Positions 18,785 through 33,068 are shown, counted from the first letter of the stretch. The stretch: DNA of 64,000 bases from an uncultured delta proteobacterium (GCA_963728055.1 CAVSIM010000027.1:157866-221865), one strand, 5' to 3'. Notes: a model not told the origin generated them from the letters alone. Numbers and translations are program-made.

Positions 18785-21337
18785 ATGAGTCATTTCGAAA
18801 CATTTCAGGTGTTTCCCTATACACCCAAACCGCTGCTGTTTCTCGAAACCCTTTCCGGCAATCTGTGGTGGACCTGGAACCTCGATGCCATCGAACTCTT
18901 CCGCCGGATCGATCCGCGGCTCTGGGAAGAGTCCGGCCGCAACCCGATCGTCTTTTCGACCATGATCCGGCAGGAGCGCCTCGAGGGCCTGGCCCACGAC
19001 GACAGTTTCCTGGCGCACATGGAACGGGTGAAAAAAAGGTTCGAAGCCCAGATTCTGAAGCCGGCCGTTTTATCCACATCGGCCTACGACCGGGACGACA
19101 TCCTGGCCTATTTCTCGATGGAGTTCGGAATCCACGAGAGCCTGCCGTTTTTCGCCGGCGGCCTCGGCATTCTCTCCGGCGACCACCTCAAAGCGGCATC
19201 GGACCTGAACCTGCCGATGGTCGCCGTCGGAATCCTCTATCGGCGGGGCTATTTCCACCAGTACCTGGATCCCTCGGGATGGCAGCAGGAGGAATATCCG
19301 GAATCCGACCTCTACCATTTGCCCGTGCGGCGCGCCAAGGACCCGGCCGGCAATGAACTGACGATCACCGTGCAGGGACCGAACGGGCCGTTCAAGGCCA
19401 TCGTCTGGGTTTTGACGGTCGGCCGGATTCCGTTGTATCTCATGGACACCAACATCCCCGAAAACACACCCGAGACGCGCGAAATCACCTCCCGGCTCTA
19501 CGTCGGCGACGAAAAGCTGCGCCTGGCCCAGGAAATACTGCTGGGTGTCGGCGGCATGCGGACCTTGACGCAGCTGGGCATCACGCCGAGCGTCTGCCAC
19601 ATGAATGAAGGTCATTGCGCTTTCGCCGGCCTGGAACGGCTGGTGGCCGTGATGGAAAAAAACGGCATCGACCTGAAAACGGCCATAGAGGTCGTTCCGC
19701 GGACGATGGTCTTTACCACCCACACGCCGGTGGCCGCCGGTCACGACGAGTTTCCGGCCGACCACGTCCGGCCCTATCTGCTGCCTTTCGAGCAAAAACT
19801 CGGCATCGGCGTCAAGGAGATCCTCGCCCTGGGTCAGAGCCCGGGTTCCGGCGGCGACAGTCCGCTGTCCATGTTCGTTCTGGCCATGAACCTGTCGCAA
19901 TACTGCAACGGCGTCAGCGAGTTGCACGGCGCCGTGGCCCGGCGCATGTGGGCCCATGTGTGGCCCGGACGACCGAACGACGAGGTGCCGATCACCCACA
20001 TCACCAACGGCGTCCACATCGCTTCCTGGATCTCAATCGAAATTTCGATGCTTTTCGAACGCTATCTCGGCCCGGAGTGGCAACTGCAAACCTGGAACCC
20101 CGAGATGGCCGAGCGCGTAAACGAGATTTACGATGAAGAACTCTGGCGCTCGCATGAAATGGCGCGCTCACGCCTGATCCGCACGTGCCGAAGCCTGATG
20201 CTCAAGCAGTACGGGCGGCGCAATGCCCCGCGATCGGTCATGGAGGCGGCCGAATCGATTCTCGACCAGGAAGTGCTGACCATCGGTTTTGCGCGCCGCT
20301 TCGCCACATACAAGCGCGCCACCCTGCTCCTCCACGACCCGGAACGCCTGGAGGCGCTGCTCACGAATTCGACGCACCCGGTGCAGATTATCCTGGCCGG
20401 CAAGGCCCACCCCAAGGACAACGAGGGCAAAGAGCTGATCAAACGCCTGACCGATTTCGCCCGCCGGCCGGCAATGCGCCACCGCGTGGCGTTCATCGAA
20501 GATTACGACATCAACGTGACCCGCCACCTCGTCCAGGGCGTCGATGTCTGGCTGAACACGCCGCGCCGGCCGATGGAGGCCTGCGGCACCTCGGGCATGA
20601 AGGCCGCCGCCAACGGCGTCCTCAACCTGAGCATCATGGACGGCTGGTGGTGCGAGGGCTACCAGGAGGACCGCGGGTGGCGGATCGGAAACGGCGAAGA
20701 ATACGATGATCACGCCTACCAGGACGCCGTGGAAAGCCAGGCGCTCTACAACATCCTGGAAAACGAGGTCATCCCCTGTTTTTACGAGCGCAGAAACGGC
20801 GATGCGCCGACGCGCTGGATCCACATGATGAAAGAGTCGATCAAAATGGCCATGCAGGAGTTCTGCGCCCAGTGCATGGTCAAAATTTACGAAAAAAAGT
20901 TTTATACCGAGGCGGCTCGAAATTACCGCACCTTGCTGCAGAATTCGGCCGAAGCGGCCCAGGCGCTCAACCGGCAGCGCGAGCGCCTGGTCAGCCTGTG
21001 GAAGGACATCCGAATTTCGACACCGGTCAGGGATGCCAACGGGCCTTATCGGGTCGGTGAAAGTTTTCGTGTCGCCTCGGTCGTTTACCTGGGAGAACTC
21101 GAGCCGGAGGAAGTCGATGTCGAGCTGTATTACGGCAGCTTTAAATCAATCGAGGCGCTTACGGCCAGCAATACCCAGCCGATGAGTGTCGAAGAGGACC
21201 GGGGCAACGGGTCCTATCTATACCGGTGTACGATAACCTGTGACACCGCCGGCCGCTTCGGCTTCACTTCCCGGGTCATTCCCCGCGGCGACCAGCGCAT
21301 CAAGTTCAATCCCAAATTATTGACGTGGGCCGCATGA
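18785..21337 (+). CDS. glgP: Alpha-glucan phosphorylase (GlgP family, TIGR02094-like)
   Basis: N-terminal NLWWTWN motif and [32 protein letters not shown], characteristic of this phosphorylase family. 850 aa. Confidence 0.9.
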   Translation: MSHFETFQVFPYTPKPLLFLETLSGNLWWTWNLDAIELFRRIDPRLWEESGRNPIVFSTMIRQERLEGLAHDDSFLAHMERVKKRFEAQILKPAVLSTSAYDRDDILAYFSMEFGIHESLPFFAGGLGILSGDHLKAASDLNLPMVAVGILYRRGYFHQYLDPSGWQQEEYPESDLYHLPVRRAKDPAGNELTITVQGPNGPFKAIVWVLTVGRIPLYLMDTNIPENTPETREITSRLYVGDEKLRLAQEILLGVGGMRTLTQLGITPSVCHMNEGHCAFAGLERLVAVMEKNGIDLKTAIEVVPRTMVFTTHTPVAAGHDEFPADHVRPYLLPFEQKLGIGVKEILALGQSPGSGGDSPLSMFVLAMNLSQYCNGVSELHGAVARRMWAHVWPGRPNDEVPITHITNGVHIASWISIEISMLFERYLGPEWQLQTWNPEMAERVNEIYDEELWRSHEMARSRLIRTCRSLMLKQYGRRNAPRSVMEAAESILDQEVLTIGFARRFATYKRATLLLHDPERLEALLTNSTHPVQIILAGKAHPKDNEGKELIKRLTDFARRPAMRHRVAFIEDYDINVTRHLVQGVDVWLNTPRRPMEACGTSGMKAAANGVLNLSIMDGWWCEGYQEDRGWRIGNGEEYDDHAYQDAVESQALYNILENEVIPCFYERRNGDAPTRWIHMMKESIKMAMQEFCAQCMVKIYEKKFYTEAARNYRTLLQNSAEAAQALNRQRERLVSLWKDIRISTPVRDANGPYRVGESFRVASVVYLGELEPEEVDVELYYGSFKSIEALTASNTQPMSVEEDRGNGSYLYRCTITCDTAGRFGFTSRVIPRGDQRIKFNPKLLTWAA

Positions 21338-21447
21338 CCGCCACGGTTTAGCCCGTTAGCCGGTTTGGTCCGTTGACCTGGGGCGGAAAAGTATTTGCAC
21401 GTAACCCATTGACACCGATCCCGCAATTCCGAAAGGAAGCTTTAGCG

Positions 21448-22992
21448 ATGAAAAACGGCCAGCCGCGCAATCCGCGGGTGCTCATCGTCACCCCGGAGGT
21501 CACCTACCTGCCGGACCGCATGGGAAGCCTGGCCAATTACCTGACGGCCAAGGCCGGCGGTCTGGCGGATGTCTCGGCCGCCCTGATCACGGCCCTGCAC
21601 GACCACGGCGCGGACGTGCATGTCGCCATTCCCAACTACCGCAATATCTTCAGCGACAACGTGACCCCTTTTTATAAAAAGGAACTGCACCGCATCCGCC
21701 GCCGAATGCCGGATGAACGCGTCCATCTGGCGGAAGATCGCGCCTTTTTTTATCAGAACCGCGTGTATTCCTCGTTTGGTGAAGAGAACCTCAAGCTCTC
21801 CCTGGCGTTTCAGCGCGAGGTCATGAACACCATCGTTCCGCGCGTCGAGCCGGACCTGATCCACTGCAACGACTGGATGACCGGCCTGATTCCCGCCATG
21901 GCCCTTCAGATGAGCATTCCGTGTCTGTTTACGATTCACAACCTCTACACGGTCAAGGCGACCCTGGCCCAGATCGAAGACCGGGGAATCGACGGGGCCT
22001 TTTTCTGGCAGAACCTGTTCTTCGAGTCCATGGCCACCCATTACGAGGGCGCGCGGGAGACCAATCCGATCGATTTTCTCACCAGCGGCGTTTTTGCCGC
22101 CCATTTCATCAACACCGTCAGCCCCAATTTCCTGAACGAAATCATCAGCGGGCGACACGACTTCATCCAACCCCACCTGCGACAGGAAATCGTCAACAAG
22201 TGGAACTCGGATTGCGCGGCCGGCATCCTGAACGCCCCGGACCCGGCTTTTGATCCCCAAACCGACCAGGACCTGAAGGCGACCTTCGGACCCGACACCC
22301 ACGCGGAAGCCAAAAAGGAAAACAAGCGCTTCCTGCAACGCAATCTCGGTTTGATTCAAGATCCCGAGGCACCGCTTTTTTTCTGGCCCTCGCGCCTCGA
22401 TCCGGTTCAAAAAGGCTGCCAGCTGCTGGCCGAAATCTTCTACACGGTGGTTTCGGGCTACTGGGAACAGAACCTCGAGGTGGTGTTCGTGGCCGACGGG
22501 CCCTACCAGAAAGTGTTTCAGGATATCGTCAGCCGGCACCGGTTTCAGAAACGGGTGGCGATCTGCGATTTCAACGAACAATTGGAGCACCTGGCCTATG
22601 CCGCCTCCGATTTTATTCTGATGCCGTCCCTCTACGAGCCCTGCGGCCTGCCCCAAATGATCGCGCCGATTTACGGCTCACTGCCGGTCGCCCACGAAAC
22701 GGGCGGCATCCGCGACACGATCCGCCACCTGGACGTCGCGCGCGATACGGGAAACGGATTTCTGTTCGAGGTATTCGATGCCCCCGGCTTGCGGTGGGCT
22801 ATCGAAGAGGCCATGACATTTTATAGCCGGCCGGCGGATGTCAAGGCGCGTCAGATCGCGCGCGTGATGCGCTCGAGCGCCGCCGAATTCACCTATGCGC
22901 GCACGGCCCGCGCCTACACCGCACTGTATGAAAAAATGCTCAACCGTCCGCTGATCGTCGAAAAGAAGAACCGGACGGCGGTGAAAACCTGA
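21448..22992 (+). CDS. glgA: Glycogen/starch synthase (GT5-type)
   Basis: KAGGLADV donor-binding motif near the N-terminus. ATG at 21448 is preceded by GAAAGGAAG; the track ORF start at 21373 has no RBS. Confidence 0.85.
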   Translation: MKNGQPRNPRVLIVTPEVTYLPDRMGSLANYLTAKAGGLADVSAALITALHDHGADVHVAIPNYRNIFSDNVTPFYKKELHRIRRRMPDERVHLAEDRAFFYQNRVYSSFGEENLKLSLAFQREVMNTIVPRVEPDLIHCNDWMTGLIPAMALQMSIPCLFTIHNLYTVKATLAQIEDRGIDGAFFWQNLFFESMATHYEGARETNPIDFLTSGVFAAHFINTVSPNFLNEIISGRHDFIQPHLRQEIVNKWNSDCAAGILNAPDPAFDPQTDQDLKATFGPDTHAEAKKENKRFLQRNLGLIQDPEAPLFFWPSRLDPVQKGCQLLAEIFYTVVSGYWEQNLEVVFVADGPYQKVFQDIVSRHRFQKRVAICDFNEQLEHLAYAASDFILMPSLYEPCGLPQMIAPIYGSLPVAHETGGIRDTIRHLDVARDTGNGFLFEVFDAPGLRWAIEEAMTFYSRPADVKARQIARVMRSSAAEFTYARTARAYTALYEKMLNRPLIVEKKNRTAVKT

Positions 22993-23070
22993 TTTTATCG
23001 GTGCATCACCACACAATTTTAATTTTTCAGGGCCTTTTTACCGAAACCGATCGTAAGGAAAACAACAGCC

Positions 23071-25092
23071 GTGACATCGATTGAAAAGCGCCTGCAGGCC
23101 TTTATCGACAGCGACCCACATCTACGCCCCTACGCCGAAACGATCCGCCGCAGATTGATGCGTCTTGATGAAACCCAGAGCCGGCTGACCGGCGGCGACA
23201 CCAACCTGGCCGATTTTGCGAGTGCACACGAATATTTCGGTCTGCACTTTCGCGACGATGCCTGGGTCTTTCGCGAGTGGGCACCGAACGCCACGGCCGT
23301 GTTCCTGATCGGGGAGGCGACCGACTGGAATGAAAAAAAAGCGTTCGCCCTCGAAAAAACCGGGGGCGATGGGGTGTGGGAAATTCGCCTGCCGTCTGAA
23401 AAACTGGCGCATCTCGATCTCTACCGCTTGCGGGTCCACTGGCCGGGCGGCTCGGGCGACCGGATTCCGGCGTATGCCCGAAGGGTGGTGCAGGATCCGG
23501 AAACCCTTATCTTCAACGCTCAGGTCTGGCAGCCGCCGCAACCCTACCGCTTTAAACACCGCTCTCCACGAAACAGGGGCGCTGCCCCCCTGATCTACGA
23601 AGCCCATGTGGGAATGGCCCAGGAAGAAGGAAAAATCGGCAGGTACGAGGAGTTCACGCACCGCATCTTGCCCCGCATTGTGGACGCCGGCTACAACACG
23701 CTGCAGCTGATGGCCGTTATCGAACACCCGTTTTACGGCTCTTTCGGCTACCAGGTAACGAACTTCTTCGCGTCCTCGTCACGCTTCGGCACGCCCGATG
23801 AGTTGAAGGAACTGGTCGACACCGTCCACAAATCGGGGCTGCGCATCATCATGGACCTGGTGCACTCGCACGCCGCATCCAACGAAATCGAGGGCCTGAG
23901 CCGTTTCGACGGCAGCGGCTACCAGTATTTTCACGCCGGCGACCGCGGCCGCCACGTGGCTTGGGATTCACGGCTGTTCGATTACGGAAAACACCAGGTC
24001 CTGCACTTTCTGCTCTCGAATTGCCGCTATTGGCTCGATGAATTCCAATTCGACGGTTTCCGCTTCGACGGCATCACCAGCATGCTCTACCTGCACCATG
24101 GGCTCGGGACGGCTTTTACATCGTACCGGAATTATTTCGACGACACCGTGGACGAGGATGCCCTCGTTTACCTGGGGCTGGCCAACCGCCTGATTCATGC
24201 TCTCCGGCCGCAGGCCATCACGGTCGCCGAAGACATCAGCGGTATGCCGGGTCTTGCGGTGCCGGACGAAAAGGGCGGATTCGGCTTCGATTACCGTTTT
24301 TCGATGGGCGTGCCGGATCTGTGGATCCGCCTGACCAAGGAGACGCGGGACGAGGACTGGCCGATGGGTCATCTCTGGTCCGAACTGAACAATCGTCGCG
24401 CCGATGAGAAAACCATCAGCTACGCCGAATCCCACGACCAGGCGCTGGTGGGCGATCAGTCAATTATCTTCAGACTGATCGGGGCCGACATGTACGATCA
24501 CATGCGAATCGACGACGAGAGCCTGTCGGTTGCGCGCGGCATGGCCCTGCACAAGCTCATCCGGCTGATTACGCTGGTGACGGCCGGTGCCGGGTACCTC
24601 AATTTCATGGGCAACGAATTCGCTCACCCCGAATGGATCGATTTTCCGCGTTCGGGCAACGACTGGTCGTATCATTACGCCCGCCGGCAGTGGCACCTGG
24701 TGGATGACCCGAGTCTAAAGTACCATCTGCTGGCACGCTTCGACCGGCAGATGATCGCCCTGGCCGATGACGTCACGCTCCTCGATCCACCCGGTCCCCG
24801 GCTGCTGCACGAACATTCCGATGACAAGATCATCGCCTGCGAACGCGCCGGACTCCTCTTCGTTTTTAACTTTCACCCCTATCGCTCCTACAGCGACTAC
24901 CGGATCGTGGCGCCACCCGGCACCTATCGCATGATTTTGGACAGCGACAGCGAGGCGTTCGGCGGGCACGGCCGACTGACGCCGACCCAGGAGCATGTTG
25001 CAATCGCCGCCGGCGAAAACGGCCCGTATCATCTCAGCCTCTATTTGCCCCACCGCACGGCCATCGTGCTTAAAAACCGTCGGGGACTCTGA
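23071..25092 (+). CDS. glgB: 1,4-alpha-glucan branching enzyme, eukaryote-like (GH13_8-type motifs)
   Basis: Motifs YEAHVGM, DLVHSHAA, GFRFDGITSMLY and TVAEDISGMPGL resemble eukaryotic branching enzymes rather than the E. coli-type GlgB motifs. GTG start. Confidence 0.9.
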   Translation: MTSIEKRLQAFIDSDPHLRPYAETIRRRLMRLDETQSRLTGGDTNLADFASAHEYFGLHFRDDAWVFREWAPNATAVFLIGEATDWNEKKAFALEKTGGDGVWEIRLPSEKLAHLDLYRLRVHWPGGSGDRIPAYARRVVQDPETLIFNAQVWQPPQPYRFKHRSPRNRGAAPLIYEAHVGMAQEEGKIGRYEEFTHRILPRIVDAGYNTLQLMAVIEHPFYGSFGYQVTNFFASSSRFGTPDELKELVDTVHKSGLRIIMDLVHSHAASNEIEGLSRFDGSGYQYFHAGDRGRHVAWDSRLFDYGKHQVLHFLLSNCRYWLDEFQFDGFRFDGITSMLYLHHGLGTAFTSYRNYFDDTVDEDALVYLGLANRLIHALRPQAITVAEDISGMPGLAVPDEKGGFGFDYRFSMGVPDLWIRLTKETRDEDWPMGHLWSELNNRRADEKTISYAESHDQALVGDQSIIFRLIGADMYDHMRIDDESLSVARGMALHKLIRLITLVTAGAGYLNFMGNEFAHPEWIDFPRSGNDWSYHYARRQWHLVDDPSLKYHLLARFDRQMIALADDVTLLDPPGPRLLHEHSDDKIIACERAGLLFVFNFHPYRSYSDYRIVAPPGTYRMILDSDSEAFGGHGRLTPTQEHVAIAAGENGPYHLSLYLPHRTAIVLKNRRGL

Positions 25093-25238
25093 TACAGGCT
25101 TTTTTTTACGCGGCTCAAACCGGCGCATTGCCCGAATCGACACGCGATCGGCCGCTTGATATAATTCCGGATAACGGACGGGGTGAATTTCTTCTGAAGG
25201 GGAAATCCGAACTCGGGACGGTTTTTGTCACCGGCGGA

Positions 25239-25904
25239 TCAGTACCGGTAGGAAGAGTAGAACTTCAACACGCGCTTGACGTATTCTTCTGTTTCCCTGT
25301 ACGGCGGCACCTGGTTGTTATAGCGTTCCACCGCGGTCGGCCCGGCGTTGTACGCCGCGAGGGACAGGGGCAGATGCCCGCCGAACCGGTCCAGCATTTC
25401 CCTTAAATAGCGGGCACCGCCGAGGATGTTTTCCAGGGGATCGAAGGGGTTGCTGATATTCATGGCCTTGACGTTGGCGGGCATGATTTGCATGAGCCCC
25501 ATGGCCCCTTTTTTCGAGCGCGCCCGCGGGTTGAAATCCGATTCGGCCTTGATGACGGCTTTGAGCAGCGGATGCGAAATGTTGTAACGAATGGATGCCT
25601 GCCGAATGCAGTCCTCGAAGCTGTCGGAAGAATAAACCTGGGCGGAGTAGACCGTTTTTTCTTTCACATAGACGCGATAATCGTTTTCGGAAGCCGTGGG
25701 CGCATTGGTGAAATGTACCACACCATCGCGATCGACATACATGTAGATATCGGCCCGCAGCGGCGAGGACGAGAATATGACCATCATCAGCGTCAGGAGA
25801 GCCAGCACCGGATAGCCACATCGGATATTTTTACCTGCCGTCATAATATCGTTTATTTCTCCGGTGGTCTTCATGTCCTTTTGACGAAAAAGACGGTTTT
25901 TCAA
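25239..25904 (-). CDS. Lytic transglycosylase (SLT domain) with N-terminal DUF4124-like segment
   Basis: SLT catalytic region AVIKAESDFNPRARSKKGAMGLMQIMP ... AAYNAGP. There is a signal/TM segment near the N-terminus. The exact start among several ATGs is uncertain. Confidence 0.85.
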   Translation of the reverse strand: MKNRLFRQKDMKTTGEINDIMTAGKNIRCGYPVLALLTLMMVIFSSSPLRADIYMYVDRDGVVHFTNAPTASENDYRVYVKEKTVYSAQVYSSDSFEDCIRQASIRYNISHPLLKAVIKAESDFNPRARSKKGAMGLMQIMPANVKAMNISNPFDPLENILGGARYLREMLDRFGGHLPLSLAAYNAGPTAVERYNNQVPPYRETEEYVKRVLKFYSSYRY

Positions 25905-26154
25905 CCCGCCTTCTCCATCGTCGGTTCGAACAACACAACTTTATTCATACATAATGATACACAATTTGTTGGTCCGCCTCAAGCAAAATGCACGCTTCGA
26001 CCGTCGGAAGCCGGCCGGAAAAAGCATCGCGGCGAGCCTGCCCGCAGCAACAAATGTCTTGTCATCAGGGGATAAACACGCTATATATATTTGTTTTCAG
26101 GTCTTTAACCACAATTTGTTGAAGTTTCCATTTACAACCTTTTTTTGGGGTGCG

Positions 26155-26781
26155 ATGGTCATGGGGGTCCTGTCACAAAGTGTTTCGATCACGCGCTACC
26201 GGGTCGAGGGAAAACTGCCCGAACCGGTTCTGGAGACCGTTATCGGTGCCCTGCAGCGCCATGCCGTTTCGGACATCGACAATGACGCCGCCGAAAAATC
26301 CTGCGGTTGGACCTCTTTCGAAAATCCGTTCGCCCCCGATTTCGAGGGGTCGACCCATCTCTTCGGCGCCTATCTGTTATTTTCGCTGCGCATCGACAAA
26401 AAGAGCATTCCATCTAAAATATTAAAAAAACAGTACGTTATCGAAGAAAAAAGACGCCTGGCCGCCAGCGGGCGCCAGTTTTTTTCCCGGGCCGAAAAAA
26501 AACTGGTCAAAGAGGAGTTGTTGCACCACCTGAGCTTGCGCATTCCGGCCACCCCCCATGTTTACGACCTGATTTGGAACTACGAGGACGGAAAACTGTG
26601 GTTCTTTTCGAATTTAAAGGCCGCCAACGAGGAACTGGAAGCCCTTTTTTCCGAATCGTTCAAACTGTCACTCATCCGGATGTTTCCGTATACCGCCGCC
26701 GAACTCGATGCCGGCCTCTCGGAGGCCGAGCGGGACCGGCTCAATCGACTGTCACCGTCCAGTTTGACGGCCGGAACTTGA
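26155..26781 (+). CDS. rdgC: RdgC-like recombination-associated protein, N-terminal two-thirds
   Basis: The pattern ..CGWTSFENPF..LFSLRIDKKSIPSKILKK..RAEKKLVKEELLHHLSLRIPAT.. parallels E. coli RdgC (GW.., R.EEKILP, LKDEVLHSLLPRAF). Start at ATG 26155 or 26161. Confidence 0.65.
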   Translation: MVMGVLSQSVSITRYRVEGKLPEPVLETVIGALQRHAVSDIDNDAAEKSCGWTSFENPFAPDFEGSTHLFGAYLLFSLRIDKKSIPSKILKKQYVIEEKRRLAASGRQFFSRAEKKLVKEELLHHLSLRIPATPHVYDLIWNYEDGKLWFFSNLKAANEELEALFSESFKLSLIRMFPYTAAELDAGLSEAERDRLNRLSPSSLTAGT

Positions 26782-26784
26782 CCC

Positions 26785-27336
26785 ATGCTCGATGTCGCCC
26801 TTGCCTACACCCGCTACAGTTTTCTTGGCAACGAATTTTTGACCTGGCTGTGGTACATCCTCGAAAACCATGCGGCCCGACTGGTGCAAATCGATTCCGA
26901 CCTGTCGGCGCTTGAGATCGGCAACCGGATGGTACTTGAAAACCGCCGGGGTGATGGTCTCGAAACCATCACCATCAAGGGCGACGACGCCGGTCTCGAG
27001 GAAGGGCTTCTGGCCCTGGGAAAAGGAGCCCTTGTCGCTGAAATGAATCTTCTGTATCGCAGCGGCGATCACACCTGGCAGTTCAATCTCAAGGGCGAAA
27101 GCCTCAACATCGGCAATTTAAAACCTCCGGAAACCGGCGGCGCCGAAACCAAAGAGGATATCGAGGGTGCGGTCCTGGAAAAAATTTTTCTCTACGAAAA
27201 AATCATTCGGTTCATGGAAAGCGCCTTTCGTCATTTTATACATCTGCGGGTCTCGGAAAACTGGGAAAAAGATTTCATCGCGCCGATGCGGCAGTGGATC
27301 ACGACGACATCGGATGGGGCGCAGGCCCGCACGTGA
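26785..27336 (+). CDS. RdgC C-terminal-like protein, in the same frame as the preceding ORF
   Basis: FLGNEFLTWLW and ..ITIKGDDAGLEEGLLALGKGALVAEMNLLYRSGDHTWQFNL.. resemble the C-terminal third of RdgC (LTEWV.., ..EAGK.VT.LAL.W.D.ISF.L). Only TGA-CCC separates it from the upstream ORF. Confidence 0.5.
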   Translation: MLDVALAYTRYSFLGNEFLTWLWYILENHAARLVQIDSDLSALEIGNRMVLENRRGDGLETITIKGDDAGLEEGLLALGKGALVAEMNLLYRSGDHTWQFNLKGESLNIGNLKPPETGGAETKEDIEGAVLEKIFLYEKIIRFMESAFRHFIHLRVSENWEKDFIAPMRQWITTTSDGAQART

Positions 27337-27620
27337 TCAAAATGGTCCTCTCACCTTGGCGGTGACATCAGTGCCGCGAGAGTTTCAATCTGCTGATCAT
27401 AACCCGGTCAACTCTTTGTCGATAACAACCCAGGTTATGAACAGCCTTTATTAATCTGTTCATATCCGATGAGATGCCAAGTGGCTGCGATGGTTGTTTT
27501 GAATAGCGAAAAAATGTAAAATATATTTTATTTTCAGTTAGTTGAAAAGTTACTGTTGGTATTGTCACCCCTTCCTTATCAACATCTTTTTTTTATAAAA
27601 AACAAATAAGGAAAGAGGTC
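27337..27620. other. AT-rich intergenic region upstream of dnaN with DnaA-box-like 9-mers (candidate oriC and/or dnaN control region)
   Basis: TGTCGATAA (27417-27425) and TTATCAACA (27576-27584) each differ by one base from TTATCCACA/TGTGGATAA; TTATGAACA (27435-27443) differs by two. AT-rich runs at about 27505-27550 and 27586-27610. Inverted repeat TATGAACAG-N11-CTGTTCATA at 27436-27464. Confidence 0.3.
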
Positions 27621-31186
<3,566 letters not shown>

Positions 31187-31361
31187 GGATAAAGACTCAT
31201 TCTGACAAAAATCCGGAGGTTTCCACCTGTCAAGATCGCCGAGGTAGCGGATTTTGTGGAATTTATCTCCCAAAAAAACCTGGAACGGCAACTGCTTCAG
31301 GCAGCCGGTAAAATGTCGAGGACACGTTCAAAAAAGTCTGGGACAATGCCGGGGATGATCC

Positions 31362-33008
31362 TTATGACTTTACTTCAACCAAATCAAAACTTACGGGCTT
31401 GGCTTCAATATTGATACCGGTGTTGCCTTTCCGCAGCACAATATTCTTTAACCATCTCCGGTTGTCTTCTGCCGGGTAATCGGTGCGGAAATGGGAGCCC
31501 CGGCTTTCAGTACGCTCCAGTGCGGCCCGGCAAACCATCCTCGACACGCACCGCATGTTTTGAAATTCAAGAAACCGGATGAGATCGGTGGGGCTTGAGA
31601 CGGCGACCCGGGGCAAGGATTCCTGCAGGTGCTCTAATGCCTCTCCAAGGTCACTTTCCTGGCGAATCACCCCAGCCTTGCTCCACATCAACAGTTTTAA
31701 ATCGTTAATCAATTGTTTTACACTCAACCCTTTATCGGAATATATTTCTTCAAGTCTTGATCGTTCTTCTTCACAAGCCGTCACAGCTACTGAAGCTGTT
31801 CCAATTGCCGTGGACCGGTCTGCAGCCATTTCACCTACCCACGAACCCATCGTGAATATTTCTGCCAGGGCATTGCCTCCCAGTCGGTTCGCTCCATGCA
31901 CACCGGCGGTTGCCTCCCCTGCCGCAAACAAACCTTTCAGGGGCGTCTCTCCGTCCTGATCCGTGACAATTCCCCCCATGCAAAAGTGGGCCGTGGGTGC
32001 CACCTTGAATATTTTTTGTCCCTTCCACCACCTTGAGGGAAGGATGGATGACAATTGTCTGGCCGTCTCCTCGGAAAGAGCCTCAAGATCCAAGAAAACT
32101 CCCTTATCCGGTGAATCCGCCTGTCTGACTTCATTTGTCATAATCTGTGCCAATCGATCCCTCGTCACCTTGGTGGGGTCGTCGATGCCGTGACGCTTAA
32201 GAATGTTTTGGCTCTGTTCATTACATAACACCACCCCGGGGTGCGCCAGCATCTTTTCGTAAAGGATCAGTCGGCTTCCGTGTTTTCCCCTTGCCGTGGG
32301 GTAAAACTGGACAAACTCCATGTCTTTCAGCGGGATGCCCAAATCGTAGGCCAACGCCTGGCCGTCGCCGGTGATTCCGGGCACATTATTGGTGTTCAAA
32401 TAGATTTGAGCGTATCCGCCGGTGGCCAATACAACCACGTTTGCATGTAAGACAATGAAACGACCATCAGCGGTGATACCGGTGGCACCACAGATGCGAT
32501 CTTCTACCGTCATGAGCCGGGTCACAAAGATTTGCTCCGCAAAGCGGACGCCTACCTGTTTTGCCCGGTGCTTGAGGGGTGTGACGAGATCGCGGCCACT
32601 CCAATTTTTGCCGCATACATGGCGTGAATACCGGTGGCCGGCAATTTTGATCACACGCGGCGTGCCCGCATGCATGTCGAAATGCACTCCGCAATCCCTC
32701 AAGAAAGTAATCTCGGAATGAGAGCGTTCAGCCACTTTAGCGACCATGGACTGATCGTTCAGAAATCGTCCGCCGGTTACCGTATCCGCAATATGCGCGT
32801 TTTCATCATCGTCCGGTGTCCCCCATCCGGTGGCAGCGATGACGGCCTTGGATATATAAGTATTGGAGCCGGGGCCTATTTTGGTTTTGGAGGTGAGAAG
32901 AACATCGGCATTGCGCATTTTGGCGGCAATGGCCGACCTCAGTCCCGCGCCACCGCCACCGATGACCAGCACATCACAAGACAGCTTTTCCTGTTTTTTA
33001 AACAGCAC
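31362..33008 (-). CDS. FAD-dependent oxidoreductase, NadB/FrdA/SdhA flavoprotein-like (divergent)
   Basis: Dinucleotide fold DVLVIGGGGAGL, GVHGANRLGGNAL and C-terminal ESRGSHFRTDYP. The canonical NadB AQGGIAA and GGHS motifs are not conserved. Confidence 0.8.
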   Translation of the reverse strand: MLFKKQEKLSCDVLVIGGGGAGLRSAIAAKMRNADVLLTSKTKIGPGSNTYISKAVIAATGWGTPDDDENAHIADTVTGGRFLNDQSMVAKVAERSHSEITFLRDCGVHFDMHAGTPRVIKIAGHRYSRHVCGKNWSGRDLVTPLKHRAKQVGVRFAEQIFVTRLMTVEDRICGATGITADGRFIVLHANVVVLATGGYAQIYLNTNNVPGITGDGQALAYDLGIPLKDMEFVQFYPTARGKHGSRLILYEKMLAHPGVVLCNEQSQNILKRHGIDDPTKVTRDRLAQIMTNEVRQADSPDKGVFLDLEALSEETARQLSSILPSRWWKGQKIFKVAPTAHFCMGGIVTDQDGETPLKGLFAAGEATAGVHGANRLGGNALAEIFTMGSWVGEMAADRSTAIGTASVAVTACEEERSRLEEIYSDKGLSVKQLINDLKLLMWSKAGVIRQESDLGEALEHLQESLPRVAVSSPTDLIRFLEFQNMRCVSRMVCRAALERTESRGSHFRTDYPAEDNRRWLKNIVLRKGNTGINIEAKPVSFDLVEVKS

Positions 33009-33068
33009 AGTATGATTCCTGAAGGTAAGGTCAATAATTTCGACATTTCTACCGGTGTCTTTAAGGAA

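Noticed and set aside
26779-26830. Selenocysteine decoding of the in-frame TGA between the two RdgC-like ORFs
   Set aside because: Desulfobacterota do use Sec. However, I could find no SECIS-like stem-loop in the 40 nt or so after the TGA, only a 5-bp pairing with a 21-nt loop. RdgC is not a redox protein, and an ATG follows one codon later.
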